The notes under the pieces are model-generated. The model did no database searches. It saw nothing but the letters and a program-made list of their open reading frames with translations, and had not been told where the DNA came from. This document shows, piece after piece, positions 47,479-56,279 of a DNA stretch of 64,000 bases (position 1 is the stretch's first letter; every line of letters starts with the position of its first letter). The translations under genes and the position numbers were made by a program. Source of the DNA: an uncultured Gammaproteobacteria bacterium (GTDB lineage: Bacteria; Patescibacteriota; Patescibacteriia; Patescibacteriales; GWC2-42-12); assembly GCA_964560005.1 (NCBI GenBank), contig CAZLKB010000001.1, positions 221,216 through 285,215 of the forward strand. The letters are read 5' to 3'.

Positions 47479-48342
47479 ATGAAAATTATTGACGGCAAAA
47501 AATTAGCGGAGAAAATTAAAGACAATATTGTCAAAGATATTATTAAAATTAACGATGGCCGCGCTGAGTTACCCTTAATTCGGCCGAATTTGGCGATTAT
47601 TTTAATCGGCGAAAGAGAAGATTCCCGAATTTATGTTTCCCGCAAGGAGCAAGCGGCAAAAGAGGTCGGTATTGATACGCATCTATATAAATGCAGTGAA
47701 GCGATCAGCGAGGGCGAACTTTTAGAAACGATTAGATGCTTGAACGAAGACGAAACGATTGACGCCATCTTGGTTCAACTGCCACTGCCGGAAAAGATTG
47801 ATACGGATACGATTATATTGTCGGTTGATCCGGTTAAAGATGTTGACGGCTTTCATCCGGATAATTTAGAGAAGCTGTTAAAAGGTTGCGATTTTAAGGG
47901 CTTCATGCCTCCGGTTTTTGCCACCGTGCTGGAAATGCTTAAAAGCATAGATTTTGAAATTAGAGATAAACAAGTCTGTATTATTTCCAACTCCGATATT
48001 TTCGGTAAGAGCTTAGCGCATATTTTAAAGTGCGGCGGAGCCAAAGTTGAAGTGCTCGGACCGGAAGATAAAAATTTGGTTAAGAAAACCGTCCGAGCCG
48101 ATGTTTTAATTACGGCCGTAGGCAAGCCGAGGTTTATTAAAAAAGAAATGATAAAAGATCAAGCGGTCATCATTGATGTCGGCATTACCAAGGAAGAGGA
48201 TAAAGTGTCGGGCGATGTGGATTTTGAAAATGTTAAGGAAAAGGCCGGCTATATTACCCCGGTGCCGGGCGGCGTCGGTCCTATGACCATCGCTTTGGCG
48301 CTAAAAAATACGCTGGAAATTTATAAAAAAAGGCACAAATAA
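47479..48342 (+). CDS. folD: bifunctional methylenetetrahydrofolate dehydrogenase/cyclohydrolase
   Basis: YVSRKEQAAKEVGI, ILVQLPLP and TPVPGGVGPMT motifs. Confidence 0.9.
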   Translation: MKIIDGKKLAEKIKDNIVKDIIKINDGRAELPLIRPNLAIILIGEREDSRIYVSRKEQAAKEVGIDTHLYKCSEAISEGELLETIRCLNEDETIDAILVQLPLPEKIDTDTIILSVDPVKDVDGFHPDNLEKLLKGCDFKGFMPPVFATVLEMLKSIDFEIRDKQVCIISNSDIFGKSLAHILKCGGAKVEVLGPEDKNLVKKTVRADVLITAVGKPRFIKKEMIKDQAVIIDVGITKEEDKVSGDVDFENVKEKAGYITPVPGGVGPMTIALALKNTLEIYKKRHK

Positions 48343-48348
48343 TGACCC

Positions 48349-48466
48349 CACAAATCTACAAATAGGCTACAAATATTACGAATAATTTCAATTCAAATAC
48401 TTCGTAAAATTGTAAATGTCGAAAATTATATTTGTAGTATTCGTAGCAGATTTGTAGATTTGTGGG
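48349..48466. repeat. family-D hairpin (cacaaatctacaaat / tacgaata type)
   Basis: cccacaaatctacaaat ... atttgtagatttgtggg inverted repeat. Related strings occur at 16628-16700, 33851-33928 and 56836-56888. Confidence 0.7.
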
Positions 48467-48525
48467 AGTATAAAAAAGAAGGCCGTCTAGTTAGACGACC
48501 TTTTGTGTTTATAAGCGCGCCTTTT

Positions 48526-49443
48526 TCAGGCGTGTTCTTTAATTATCTTTATGGCCTCGGCCGGTTCAAGCTTGCAGACCGTGCAAATACTGACGGCGTC
48601 GGCGCCGTTGCGGAAGTAATAATCGGCGTTGTATGAGCTCATAACCCCGCAGCCCATAATTAGCGGCGTGCCAGGAATCATTTCGCGCACGCGCTGGTTA
48701 TAATCAAGCGCCAGCTTAAAAGCCGGTCCGCCTGATACTCCGCCCCCGCCCACTGCCTGAAGCGGCGACGGCGGACCGTCCGGATAAACCAGGTCGTACG
48801 GAATGGTATTGATGGCGTGGATAATGTCCACGCCGGCCTTAACCAGATCTTGGGCGAATTCGTGCGGGTGCACGATGCTGATTTTGGCGATTAAGCAGAG
48901 TTCGGGATAGACTGCCAGAGTTGCCTTGACGCAGGCCAGGGCGTCTTTCATGTTTTTTCGAATTTCTTCCTCTGAATTCGGGCAGGAGAAATTAAATTCC
49001 AGCACCCGGAATTTTCCCCCCAGCCAGCAGCAGTAGATGGCGATCGCTTGGATAGTTTCTTGGATTGCCAGGGTTCGCCCTTTGGCGAATTGCGGGTAAA
49101 AGCTAGGGATAATGTTATAGCCTTTGTTAGTAGCTGACGCGATGGTTAAGGCATTCACCTCAACGCCGTGGTTGGTTAAACCATAGGCGTTCAGCATGCC
49201 CATGCCCTGGAGCCGTCTAATGTATTTCCAGGTAAAAGGGTTCCACCACCTGAAAAAACCCGTGTGCTTCATATAAGTTGACGACTTGGCGATCACGGTT
49301 GTGCCGGTTTGTAAAATAGCTCGCCTGACTGGCCAGAACGGGGGATAGAGGCCGAGCGGCATTTCACGGCCATTGCCCGAATGACCCATGATGGTTGAGA
49401 CTAAGAGTCTGGGTAATTCGAAACCTTTGATTTTTATTGACAT
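48526..49443 (-). CDS. dihydroorotate dehydrogenase-like TIM-barrel flavoenzyme (class 1 DHOD/DHPD family)
   Basis: EFNFSCPN (NxSCPN-type) and GGGGVSGGP motifs. GC-rich single-gene islet. Confidence 0.6.
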   Translation of the reverse strand: MSIKIKGFELPRLLVSTIMGHSGNGREMPLGLYPPFWPVRRAILQTGTTVIAKSSTYMKHTGFFRWWNPFTWKYIRRLQGMGMLNAYGLTNHGVEVNALTIASATNKGYNIIPSFYPQFAKGRTLAIQETIQAIAIYCCWLGGKFRVLEFNFSCPNSEEEIRKNMKDALACVKATLAVYPELCLIAKISIVHPHEFAQDLVKAGVDIIHAINTIPYDLVYPDGPPSPLQAVGGGGVSGGPAFKLALDYNQRVREMIPGTPLIMGCGVMSSYNADYYFRNGADAVSICTVCKLEPAEAIKIIKEHA

Positions 49444-49652
49444 GATGTTTCTCCTTATTTGTTGAATGTGCGGTTTTTATTGTTTATTTTTTGCTTGAAT
49501 TTTTCCGTTGTGTTAATCTTAAGTTAGTTTATTTGCCCTGTCAAATAATTTTTCTTTAAGAAAAATTAGCGCGAAGCGCTATTTGACAGGGTAAATCAAG
49601 TTAAGAGTATAAATTCCCCCTCACTTCCTTTGCTAAAGGGGGCAAGTGCAAT

Positions 49653-51719
49653 ATGGAAAACAAGAAACAACAACTTCTGGAACTTCTGAAAATCCACTAT
49701 GGCTTTGATTTTTTTCGGCCAGGGCAGGAAAAAGTCATTGATAATGTCTTAGCCGGTATTGACACGGTGGTAATTATGCCCACGGGCGGGGGCAAGTCTT
49801 TATGCTATCAATTGCCGGCCTTAGTCTTGGACGGCGTAACCCTGGTTATTTCTCCTTTAATCGCTTTAATGAAGGATCAGGTAGACGGGCTATTAAAAAT
49901 CGGCATCCCGGCCACTTTTATAAACTCCTCAATCAGCCAGGCCGAGACTTTGAGCCGGCTGGAAGCGGTGAAGCAAGGCCGGTACAAACTGCTCTACATC
50001 GCGCCGGAAAGATTTTATAGCGCCGAATTTATGGAAGCGCTCAAAAATATTAAAGTCAGCCTATTCGCTATTGACGAAGCCCATTGCATCAGCCAGTGGG
50101 GGCATGATTTCCGCCCCAGCTATTTAAGATTAAAAAAGGCCATTGAATTATTGGGCAACCCCGCCGTTTTAGCTTTAACCGCCACGGCCACGCTGGAAGT
50201 CAGAGAAGATATTATGAAACAGCTCGGCATCACCGGCGCTAATTTAGTGATTACCGGTTTTGCCAGACCGAATCTGCAATTTGGGGTGATTAATACCGTA
50301 GACGCGCGCAAACCGCAGTTTGTGCTAGACGCGATTTCCTCAGCGCCGGACGGCGCGGGTATTATTTATGTCGGCACCAGGGCGCGGGCCGATGATCTCC
50401 TGCAGGTTTTACTGGGCAATAATATTGAAGCCGTCAGCTATCACGCCGGCATGGACGCGACCGACAGAAAATGGGTTCAAGAAAATTTTATGAGCGGCAA
50501 GGCTAAAGTCATAATCGCCACTAACGCCTTCGGCTTAGGCATTGATAAGCGGGATATCAGGTTCGTCATCCACTACGATATGCCGGGCACGATTGAAGCC
50601 TATTATCAGGAGGCGGGACGCGCCGGCCGCGACGGCAAACAAAGTTTTTGCTTATTGTTATACAGTCCGCGCGACCGCTATCTCCAGGAATTCTTTATTA
50701 AAGGCGATAATCCGCCGCCAGAAATAATCTTGGAAATTTATGAAATTTTAAAAAATTATGAATCCGATATTGTGTTGGTTACTTACGCGGAAATTGCCGA
50801 AAAGCTCTCCGATAAGTTGCCGGAAATGGCCGTGGGCACCAGTTTAAAAATTTTAGAGCGAGAGGGTTATATCGCCCGTTCGCACGAACGCGTAGGACAG
50901 GCCTACGCAAAATTACGAATTACGAATTACGAATTACGAATTAAATATGCTGAAAAAAGAAAAAAGAGCACAGAAACTCTGGAAAAATTATTAGATAGAT
51001 ATGGCAAAGAGCTGGAGGCCGGCTGGTATTTTAATTTGGAAGAGATAGCGGAGATTTTAAAGATTAAGAAGGACTCGTTGGCTCGCTTAATTAAAAAGCT
51101 GGTTGATTTGAACTTGGCGGAATATGTACCGCCGTTTCGGGGCACGGAATTAAAAATTTTAAAACGAGTTGAGGGGAAAGAGGTTAAGCTGGATTTCGCG
51201 GCTTTAAAATACAAGCTGAAGCACGCCTATAAAAAATTAGACCTGATGGAAAATTATATTTATCATTTTAATTGCCGGCAGAAATATATTTTGGATTATT
51301 TCGGTGAGATTGAAGCCAAGATCTGCGCTAAATGCGACAACTGTTTGACTAAAAATATGGACGAGGTGGAAAAGGTGCAAGTTGAAACCAAGCACAAAAA
51401 AAAGACCAGCCAGTTGTCCACCAAGCTGACCCAGTTGGAAACTTTGGAATTGTTTAATAAGGGCATGAGCCTGGAAAAAATCGCCGAAGCGCGCGAGCTG
51501 GCGGTGACCACGATTGCCGGCCACCTGTGTTTTTTAGTGGAAAAAGGCTTGGGAGTTGATATTGATAAATTAGTCAGTCCGGCCAAGCAGAAAAAAATCA
51601 TGGAAGCGGTAAAAATTGTTGGCGCGGATAAATTAACGCCGATTAAGGAAAAATTGGGAGATGGTTTTAGTTGGGAGGAGATAAAGTTGACCCTGGCGAA
51701 AAGGAAGTCGCTCCGCTAG
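49653..51719 (+). CDS. recQ: ATP-dependent DNA helicase RecQ, with a heptamer-repeat insertion and a C-terminus that ends inside a repeat
   Basis: FRPGQEKVI, MPTGGGKSLCYQLP, DEAHCISQWGHDFRP and YYQEAGRAGRDG motifs. Confidence 0.9.
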   Translation: MENKKQQLLELLKIHYGFDFFRPGQEKVIDNVLAGIDTVVIMPTGGGKSLCYQLPALVLDGVTLVISPLIALMKDQVDGLLKIGIPATFINSSISQAETLSRLEAVKQGRYKLLYIAPERFYSAEFMEALKNIKVSLFAIDEAHCISQWGHDFRPSYLRLKKAIELLGNPAVLALTATATLEVREDIMKQLGITGANLVITGFARPNLQFGVINTVDARKPQFVLDAISSAPDGAGIIYVGTRARADDLLQVLLGNNIEAVSYHAGMDATDRKWVQENFMSGKAKVIIATNAFGLGIDKRDIRFVIHYDMPGTIEAYYQEAGRAGRDGKQSFCLLLYSPRDRYLQEFFIKGDNPPPEIILEIYEILKNYESDIVLVTYAEIAEKLSDKLPEMAVGTSLKILEREGYIARSHERVGQAYAKLRITNYELRIKYAEKRKKSTETLEKLLDRYGKELEAGWYFNLEEIAEILKIKKDSLARLIKKLVDLNLAEYVPPFRGTELKILKRVEGKEVKLDFAALKYKLKHAYKKLDLMENYIYHFNCRQKYILDYFGEIEAKICAKCDNCLTKNMDEVEKVQVETKHKKKTSQLSTKLTQLETLELFNKGMSLEKIAEARELAVTTIAGHLCFLVEKGLGVDIDKLVSPAKQKKIMEAVKIVGADKLTPIKEKLGDGFSWEEIKLTLAKRKSLR

Positions 51720-51896
51720 GTTTTTTCGCTCCGCTGGGGTTACCCCGCAAATGCGGGGTCGCTCGCTAGAGAAAAATTTAGGGATTTGGCCTAAAATTTT
51801 CAACAAAATTTTCAACTCGCCTAGACGGCTCAAACAGGAAAATGTTTGTAAGTAAATTTTAGGCCAAATCTGATCCTAAATTTTTCTATGCTCGCA
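51705..51896. repeat. family-B long hairpin element, copy 2
   Basis: Same core as 47246-47377. Its left part, tcgctccgctag, supplies the last codons and the stop of recQ. Confidence 0.85.
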
Positions 51897-52072
51897 CGAA
51901 GAAATAATAAAATAAATCAGTTTGACTTTTTATCATAAATTAGGTAAATTTTATGCAAATACAGCCGACCCCGAAAAAGGAGGTTGGTTTTTATTTGTCG
52001 GTCCTTGACAATTTAATTGAGAGAAATAAAAAAAACAAAACAAAAAAAACCAAAAGAAAGCGAGAGTAAAAA

Positions 52073-52759
52073 ATGAAAAGACCAAGAGTATTAGTGTTAG
52101 CGTCGGGAACGAAAGACGGCGGCGGCAGCGGTTTTCAGGAACTGGTGGAATTTTCCAGAACTGATCCGCCGGTACTGGACGCGGAAATAGTCGGCGTGGT
52201 TTCTAATATCCAGGGAGGCGGAGTAGAAAAACGAGCTAAAGCGCTGAAAATCCAATTCACCCACTGGTTTGGCTGTTTCGGAGCTGATGGCTACCGGCAC
52301 TTGGTGGAAAGCTTCCAGGCGGACTATGTCGTTTGTTCGGGCTGGCTTAAGTATGTGCGCGGGCTTGATCCTAGCAAGGTGGTAAATATTCATCCCGGGC
52401 CATTGCCTGAATTCGGCGGACTAGGAATGCACGGTCATTATGTACATGATGCCGTAATCAAAGCTTATAGTGAAGGTCGTATCACCCAAAGTGCTGTGAC
52501 CATGCACTTCGCCATCGAGAAAGGCCCGGAGGGCAGTAAGGATGGGTATGATAGAGGGCCGATATTTTTCCAGTTGCCGGTGTTAATTCGGCCGGACGAT
52601 ACGGCTGAAACTTTGGCCGCCCGGGTCAACGAGAAAGAACGAGCCTGGCAGGCTTATATTCTAAATCTGGTGGTTCACGGCTTAATCCATCTGGAAAAGG
52701 ACGACGAGAGCTGGAAAGTTGTCTACGAAAACGGTTTGGAAAACATTATCCCTCATTAG
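52073..52759 (+). CDS. purN: phosphoribosylglycinamide formyltransferase-like protein
   Basis: VLVLASGTKDGGGSGFQ, NIHPGPLPEFGG and PDDTAETLAARV follow the PurN/formyltransferase pattern. GC-rich. Confidence 0.7.
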   Translation: MKRPRVLVLASGTKDGGGSGFQELVEFSRTDPPVLDAEIVGVVSNIQGGGVEKRAKALKIQFTHWFGCFGADGYRHLVESFQADYVVCSGWLKYVRGLDPSKVVNIHPGPLPEFGGLGMHGHYVHDAVIKAYSEGRITQSAVTMHFAIEKGPEGSKDGYDRGPIFFQLPVLIRPDDTAETLAARVNEKERAWQAYILNLVVHGLIHLEKDDESWKVVYENGLENIIPH

Positions 52760-52778
52760 AGGGGAAAGAGAAAGAATT

Positions 52779-53075
52779 ATGAATAAGTTTCAAATAACCA
52801 TACACGTGTTTCGCAAGCCGGATTGTCTAAATCCGCAAGAACCAGTAACTCTGGGTGTGCTACATCGGCAGGGTTTCTTAGGTGTCGAAAGTATCCAAAT
52901 GGGTCAGTGTCTCGTGTTGACCATACGGGGCGATACTAAAGACGAAGCAATAAAGACAGCACAAGCAGCCTGCAAAGATAAATTATTGGTCAATGATGTC
53001 CCGGACTATTATGTAATCGCCGGCATCAAAGAATTGGACGGGTCAACATCAGCTCAATCCAGTATGACTGGTTAG
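52779..53075 (+). CDS. purS: PurS-like small protein
   Basis: 98 aa. FQITIHVFRKPDCLNPQEPVTLGVLHRQGFLGVESIQMGQCLVL resembles the PurS pattern (V.pK.gvlDPqG.av..aL..lGf..v..vr.GK). ATG at 52779 follows gggaaagagaaag. Confidence 0.55.
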   Translation: MNKFQITIHVFRKPDCLNPQEPVTLGVLHRQGFLGVESIQMGQCLVLTIRGDTKDEAIKTAQAACKDKLLVNDVPDYYVIAGIKELDGSTSAQSSMTG

Positions 53076-53123
53076 GAGGTTGTACTTTTTATTAATCATC
53101 AGCTTCTTGGCTCGTGATTACGC

Positions 53124-53155
53124 CCCCGCTAGCGACTAGTTAGCGGGGATTTTTT
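53124..53155 (+). terminator. rho-independent terminator
   Basis: ccccgcta-gcgactagt-tagcgggg followed by attttttt. Confidence 0.7.
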
Positions 53156-53271
53156 AAAATTTGATTTTTTATTACATATTGGATAAGATAGAACCAACAA
53201 ATAACCAAAGGAGGTCTGGCGGCATGTCGCTACCGGAGCTCTTTTAAAAACCAAAGAAAGAGAGCAATAAG

Positions 53272-54459
53272 ATGATGACATCAAAAAGCATATATGCACA
53301 GCTGGGTGTAGATGCCGGCAAGGAAAACGTGCGCCAGGCTTTCTCAAGAATCGTACAAAACGATTTTCCCGGCGCTTTCGTCAATGTCGTGCGCGATCCA
53401 GAAGTTCCCAATAAGGTCTTCACCATGCACACCTATGGCGACGGCAGCAAGTTCGTCCAAAGATTGCTTCATTATCGAGAAACCGGCGACGAGACAATCA
53501 TCCAGGGCGCGGTGGACGACGCCTTTGCCATGAATTTGAGCGATATCGCGACCAGCGGTTTCGTTTTCGGGCGCTGGGTAATCACCCAGATCATCGACAT
53601 TGGTCAGGACATGCCTAAGGAGCTGATTATGGAGCAGATCGCCAGGCGGGTGGAAAGCTTGCTTGAGTTGTACAAATCGTACGGTTTCAGACTAGTATTT
53701 TTTTTAGGCGGAGAAACCGCCGATCTGCCCGATCAGATTCAATCGGTTGTTTATAATGCCAATATCTACGCTGAAGCCAAAGAAACCGATCTAATCAGGG
53801 GTAATGTTGTGCCGGGCGATAAGATCTATGGCTTTGCCTCTAACGGCCAGGCCGCCTGGGAATCAATTCTCAATTCCGGCATGATGGCCAACGGGCTCAC
53901 CTTGGCGAGAATCTGCACTATGCGCGCGGACTATGGGGTTAAATACCCCTACCTTATCAGGCGAGGCGGCGCATACCGAGGTGCGTTTAAGGTAACGGAT
54001 AAGCCGGACATTCTCGCCGGCCAGACGGTAAGCCAGGCGGTATTGTCGCCGACCAGGCAATGGGCGATATTAATTCGCCTGTTGGTTGAACGACTGAAAG
54101 CCGCGGGTATTTTGAATATGCTGCACGGTATCAGCATCAACACGGGCGGAGGGGCGACCAAGATCGTTCATGTCGGCCGTGGCATCACCTATGAAAAAGC
54201 AATGCCAGCGCCACCGTCGATTTTTCGCTTGATCCAGCAGGAATCGGGCGAGAACTGGAGAAACATGTTCCAAACATTCAACTGCGGCGTGGGTGTTGAC
54301 ATCGTGGGGGTAGATGGCCCAAGATTTCGAGGGGTTCTGGAGGGGGTGAGCGAGACAACAAAAATCAAATTGTTTGATCTGGGACTTTGCCGTCGCAACA
54401 CGACCGATAAAAACCAAGTGGTCCTGCAAACTCCATATGGAGATTTTGGAGATTATTAA
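53272..54459 (+). CDS. AIR-synthase (PurM)-family protein, divergent
   Basis: YAQLGVDAGKEN..., HTYGDGSKF, DDAFAMNLSDIATSG and GGETADLP follow the PurM/AIRS N- and C-domain pattern but diverge from canonical PurM. Confidence 0.6.
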   Translation: MMTSKSIYAQLGVDAGKENVRQAFSRIVQNDFPGAFVNVVRDPEVPNKVFTMHTYGDGSKFVQRLLHYRETGDETIIQGAVDDAFAMNLSDIATSGFVFGRWVITQIIDIGQDMPKELIMEQIARRVESLLELYKSYGFRLVFFLGGETADLPDQIQSVVYNANIYAEAKETDLIRGNVVPGDKIYGFASNGQAAWESILNSGMMANGLTLARICTMRADYGVKYPYLIRRGGAYRGAFKVTDKPDILAGQTVSQAVLSPTRQWAILIRLLVERLKAAGILNMLHGISINTGGGATKIVHVGRGITYEKAMPAPPSIFRLIQQESGENWRNMFQTFNCGVGVDIVGVDGPRFRGVLEGVSETTKIKLFDLGLCRRNTTDKNQVVLQTPYGDFGDY

Positions 54460-54483
54460 TTACCCGAAATATGGGTATCATCG

Positions 54484-54514
54484 GGCGAAAGTAGTACACT
54501 CTCGCCTTTTTTTT
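54484..54514 (+). terminator. rho-independent terminator
   Basis: ggcga...tcgcc followed by tttttttt. Confidence 0.55.
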
Positions 54515-54619
54515 ATTTTAAAATAATAAGCCAATCTTCCCAGCCTTTTAATAAGGTTAATTTAAAAAAATAGGCTCAAACCCTTGACAAACTTTAAAAA
54601 GTATGCTATTGTGTTTATC

Positions 54620-54841
54620 ATGAAAGATGATCTGTATAAACATGAAATTGTCGACCTCGGCGAAGAAGATAGACGGGCGTTTATCAATCCGCCACCGGCT
54701 AAGAGCATATTAGATCCAGTGTCGCCCACCTGGCGGGAAATCTGCCCCAAAGGTTTTTGGGGTTGGTCAAAAGCCATCTTAGCCGTGTTGATAACAGGAG
54801 TATTGGGGTACATTATTCTTGTACTGGCTCTCGTCATGTAG
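54620..54841 (+). CDS. small C-terminally membrane-anchored hypothetical protein
   Basis: 73 aa ending with a TM helix (GFWGWSKAILAVLITGVLGYIILVLALVM). A possible TTGACA-N17-TATTGT promoter lies upstream. A competing antisense ORF exists. Confidence 0.35.
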   Translation: MKDDLYKHEIVDLGEEDRRAFINPPPAKSILDPVSPTWREICPKGFWGWSKAILAVLITGVLGYIILVLALVM

Positions 54842-54978
54842 GCGAGAACATCGGCGTGAACGCCTTCGCCCAATCGGGCGGCGGCGTCAGCCACAATTCA
54901 AAATCGGGCGCATCTTCGGATCGCCCTTTTCTTTTTGGCAAATAAATGGTAAAGAGAAAGAGGGAGAGAAAAAATTTC

Positions 54979-55018
54979 TGGATTCCGGCTCGCCTTCGGC
55001 TTTAAGGCCGGAATGACA
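54979..55018. repeat. REP-like palindromic element
   Basis: ggattccggctcgccttcggctttaaggccggaatgaca. Confidence 0.75.
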
Positions 55019-55028
55019 TATTTATTAT

Positions 55029-55724
55029 ATGCATAAAACAACACAGAAAAATTTATTGGATTTGGTTAGGCGCAATTACGATGAAATCGCCGGCGGTTTT
55101 AGCCAAACTAGAGCTAACCGATCCTGGCCGGAGTTGGTTAAATTAACCGCACCGGTAAGAGATGGCGACAGGGTTTTAGACGCCGGCTGCGGCAACGGCA
55201 GGCTATTAGAAATCCTATCCGATAAAACCGTAGAATATTTAGGCATGGATAATAGCCATGAGCTAGTGAAGATTGCCCAGGCCAAGTTTCCGAATAAGGC
55301 ATTTTTAGTCGGCGATATTTTGGAATTAAACAAGCTATCGGAAAAAGATTTTGATTATCTATTCTGCGTTGCCGTTCTGCATCATCTGCCGGGCCAGGAT
55401 TTAAGAGTTGAGGCCTTAAAACAAATGAAAGATAAGATAAAGCCAGACGGCAAAATAGTTATCACGGTCTGGAATTTATGGAGCCAGTTGAAATTTAGAA
55501 GATTGATTTGTAAATTTACGATTTTAAAAATAATGGGCAAGAATAAAATGGATTTCGGCGATATTCTGTTTAATTGGAAAAACAATCAAGGAGAGGGGAT
55601 TAGCCGGCGCTATTACCACGCTTTTACCAAGAATGAATTAAAAGTAATTGCCGATAGAGCCGGATTGAAATTGGAAAAGCTATATAAAGATAGATATAAT
55701 TATTACGCGATTTTAATTAAATAA
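55029..55724 (+). CDS. class I SAM-dependent methyltransferase
   Basis: VLDAGCGNGRL motif I, with the downstream pattern typical of Methyltransf_11/25. Confidence 0.8.
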   Translation: MHKTTQKNLLDLVRRNYDEIAGGFSQTRANRSWPELVKLTAPVRDGDRVLDAGCGNGRLLEILSDKTVEYLGMDNSHELVKIAQAKFPNKAFLVGDILELNKLSEKDFDYLFCVAVLHHLPGQDLRVEALKQMKDKIKPDGKIVITVWNLWSQLKFRRLICKFTILKIMGKNKMDFGDILFNWKNNQGEGISRRYYHAFTKNELKVIADRAGLKLEKLYKDRYNYYAILIK

Positions 55725-55842
55725 GCCTTGATTTATTAGGATTACTGTGGTATTTTAAAATAGAACTCCTAATTAAGGAGTTTTTTGCTATAATATAATC
55801 AGTTAGTTTTCCGCCCTTGTAGTGAAATGGATATGACGCGAT

Positions 55843-56086
55843 CCCGCACAAAGTGTATCCGTAGCTCAACTGGATAGAGCATCTGGCTCCCGCCCCGCGC
55901 CCGTGCCCCGGTAGCTCAATTGGATAGAGTGTGTGGCTTCGGACCACAAGGTTAGGGGTTCAAATCCTCTCCGGGGCACAGGCGTTGGCGGGCAAGTCGG
56001 ACTAAGAAGGTTGTTTCTGTTTTCTTTTTCAGCTCCGAGGTCAGCACTGAGGAGCTTCAAGTCCTGCCGGATACACTTTGTGCGGG
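55843..56086 (+). other. disrupted tRNA-Arg-like shell (5' part to position 33 and 3' part from position 39), bounded by a 19-bp perfect inverted repeat
   Basis: GTATCCGTAGCTCAACTGGATAGAGCATCTGGCT (55855-55888) and TCAGC-ACTGA-GGAGC-TTCAAGT-CCTGC-CGGATAC-A (56041-56075). cccgcacaaagtgtatccg 55843-61 is the exact reverse complement of 56068-86. The T stem has 2 mismatches. Confidence 0.5.
55905..55978 (+). tRNA. tRNA-Arg(TCG)
   Basis: Hand-folded: acceptor GCCCCGG/CCGGGGC, D arm GCTC-AATTGGATA-GAGT, anticodon arm TGTGG-CTTCGGA-CCACA, T arm AGGGG-TTCAAAT-CCTCT, discriminator A. Confidence 0.85.
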
Positions 56087-56279
56087 AAACATTTAAGCAA
56101 GCTCCGTTTTGAATTTTAGGCTCCGAGGAAAGCACCGCTCTGTTTTCTTTTTCGGCTTCGAGATCACCGCTCTCTTTTTCTGCGCCGAGGTCGGCACAGA
56201 GGAGCCACCGAGGAGCAGCTTCGAATCCTGGCGGGGGCACATAAATAGTTAAAAGTGTAAAAATCAAAATGTAAAATTA

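Noticed and set aside
15871-50943. Short tandem repeats (caaatgt x3, cgaattt x3.5, attacga x4) and many spaced palindromes as possible CRISPR arrays.
   Set aside because: The units are 7 nt with no spacers. The longer repeats are hairpin elements scattered at single loci, not repeat-spacer arrays. No cas genes are present.
55889-56040. A group I intron, or an archaeal-type BHB intron, in the outer tRNA-Arg-like gene.
   Set aside because: The insert consists of a complete tRNA plus recognisable repeat modules, not P1-P9-type elements. The splice-site geometry does not restore a 7-nt anticodon loop. The outer T stem has two mismatches, including the normally invariant 53:61 pair.
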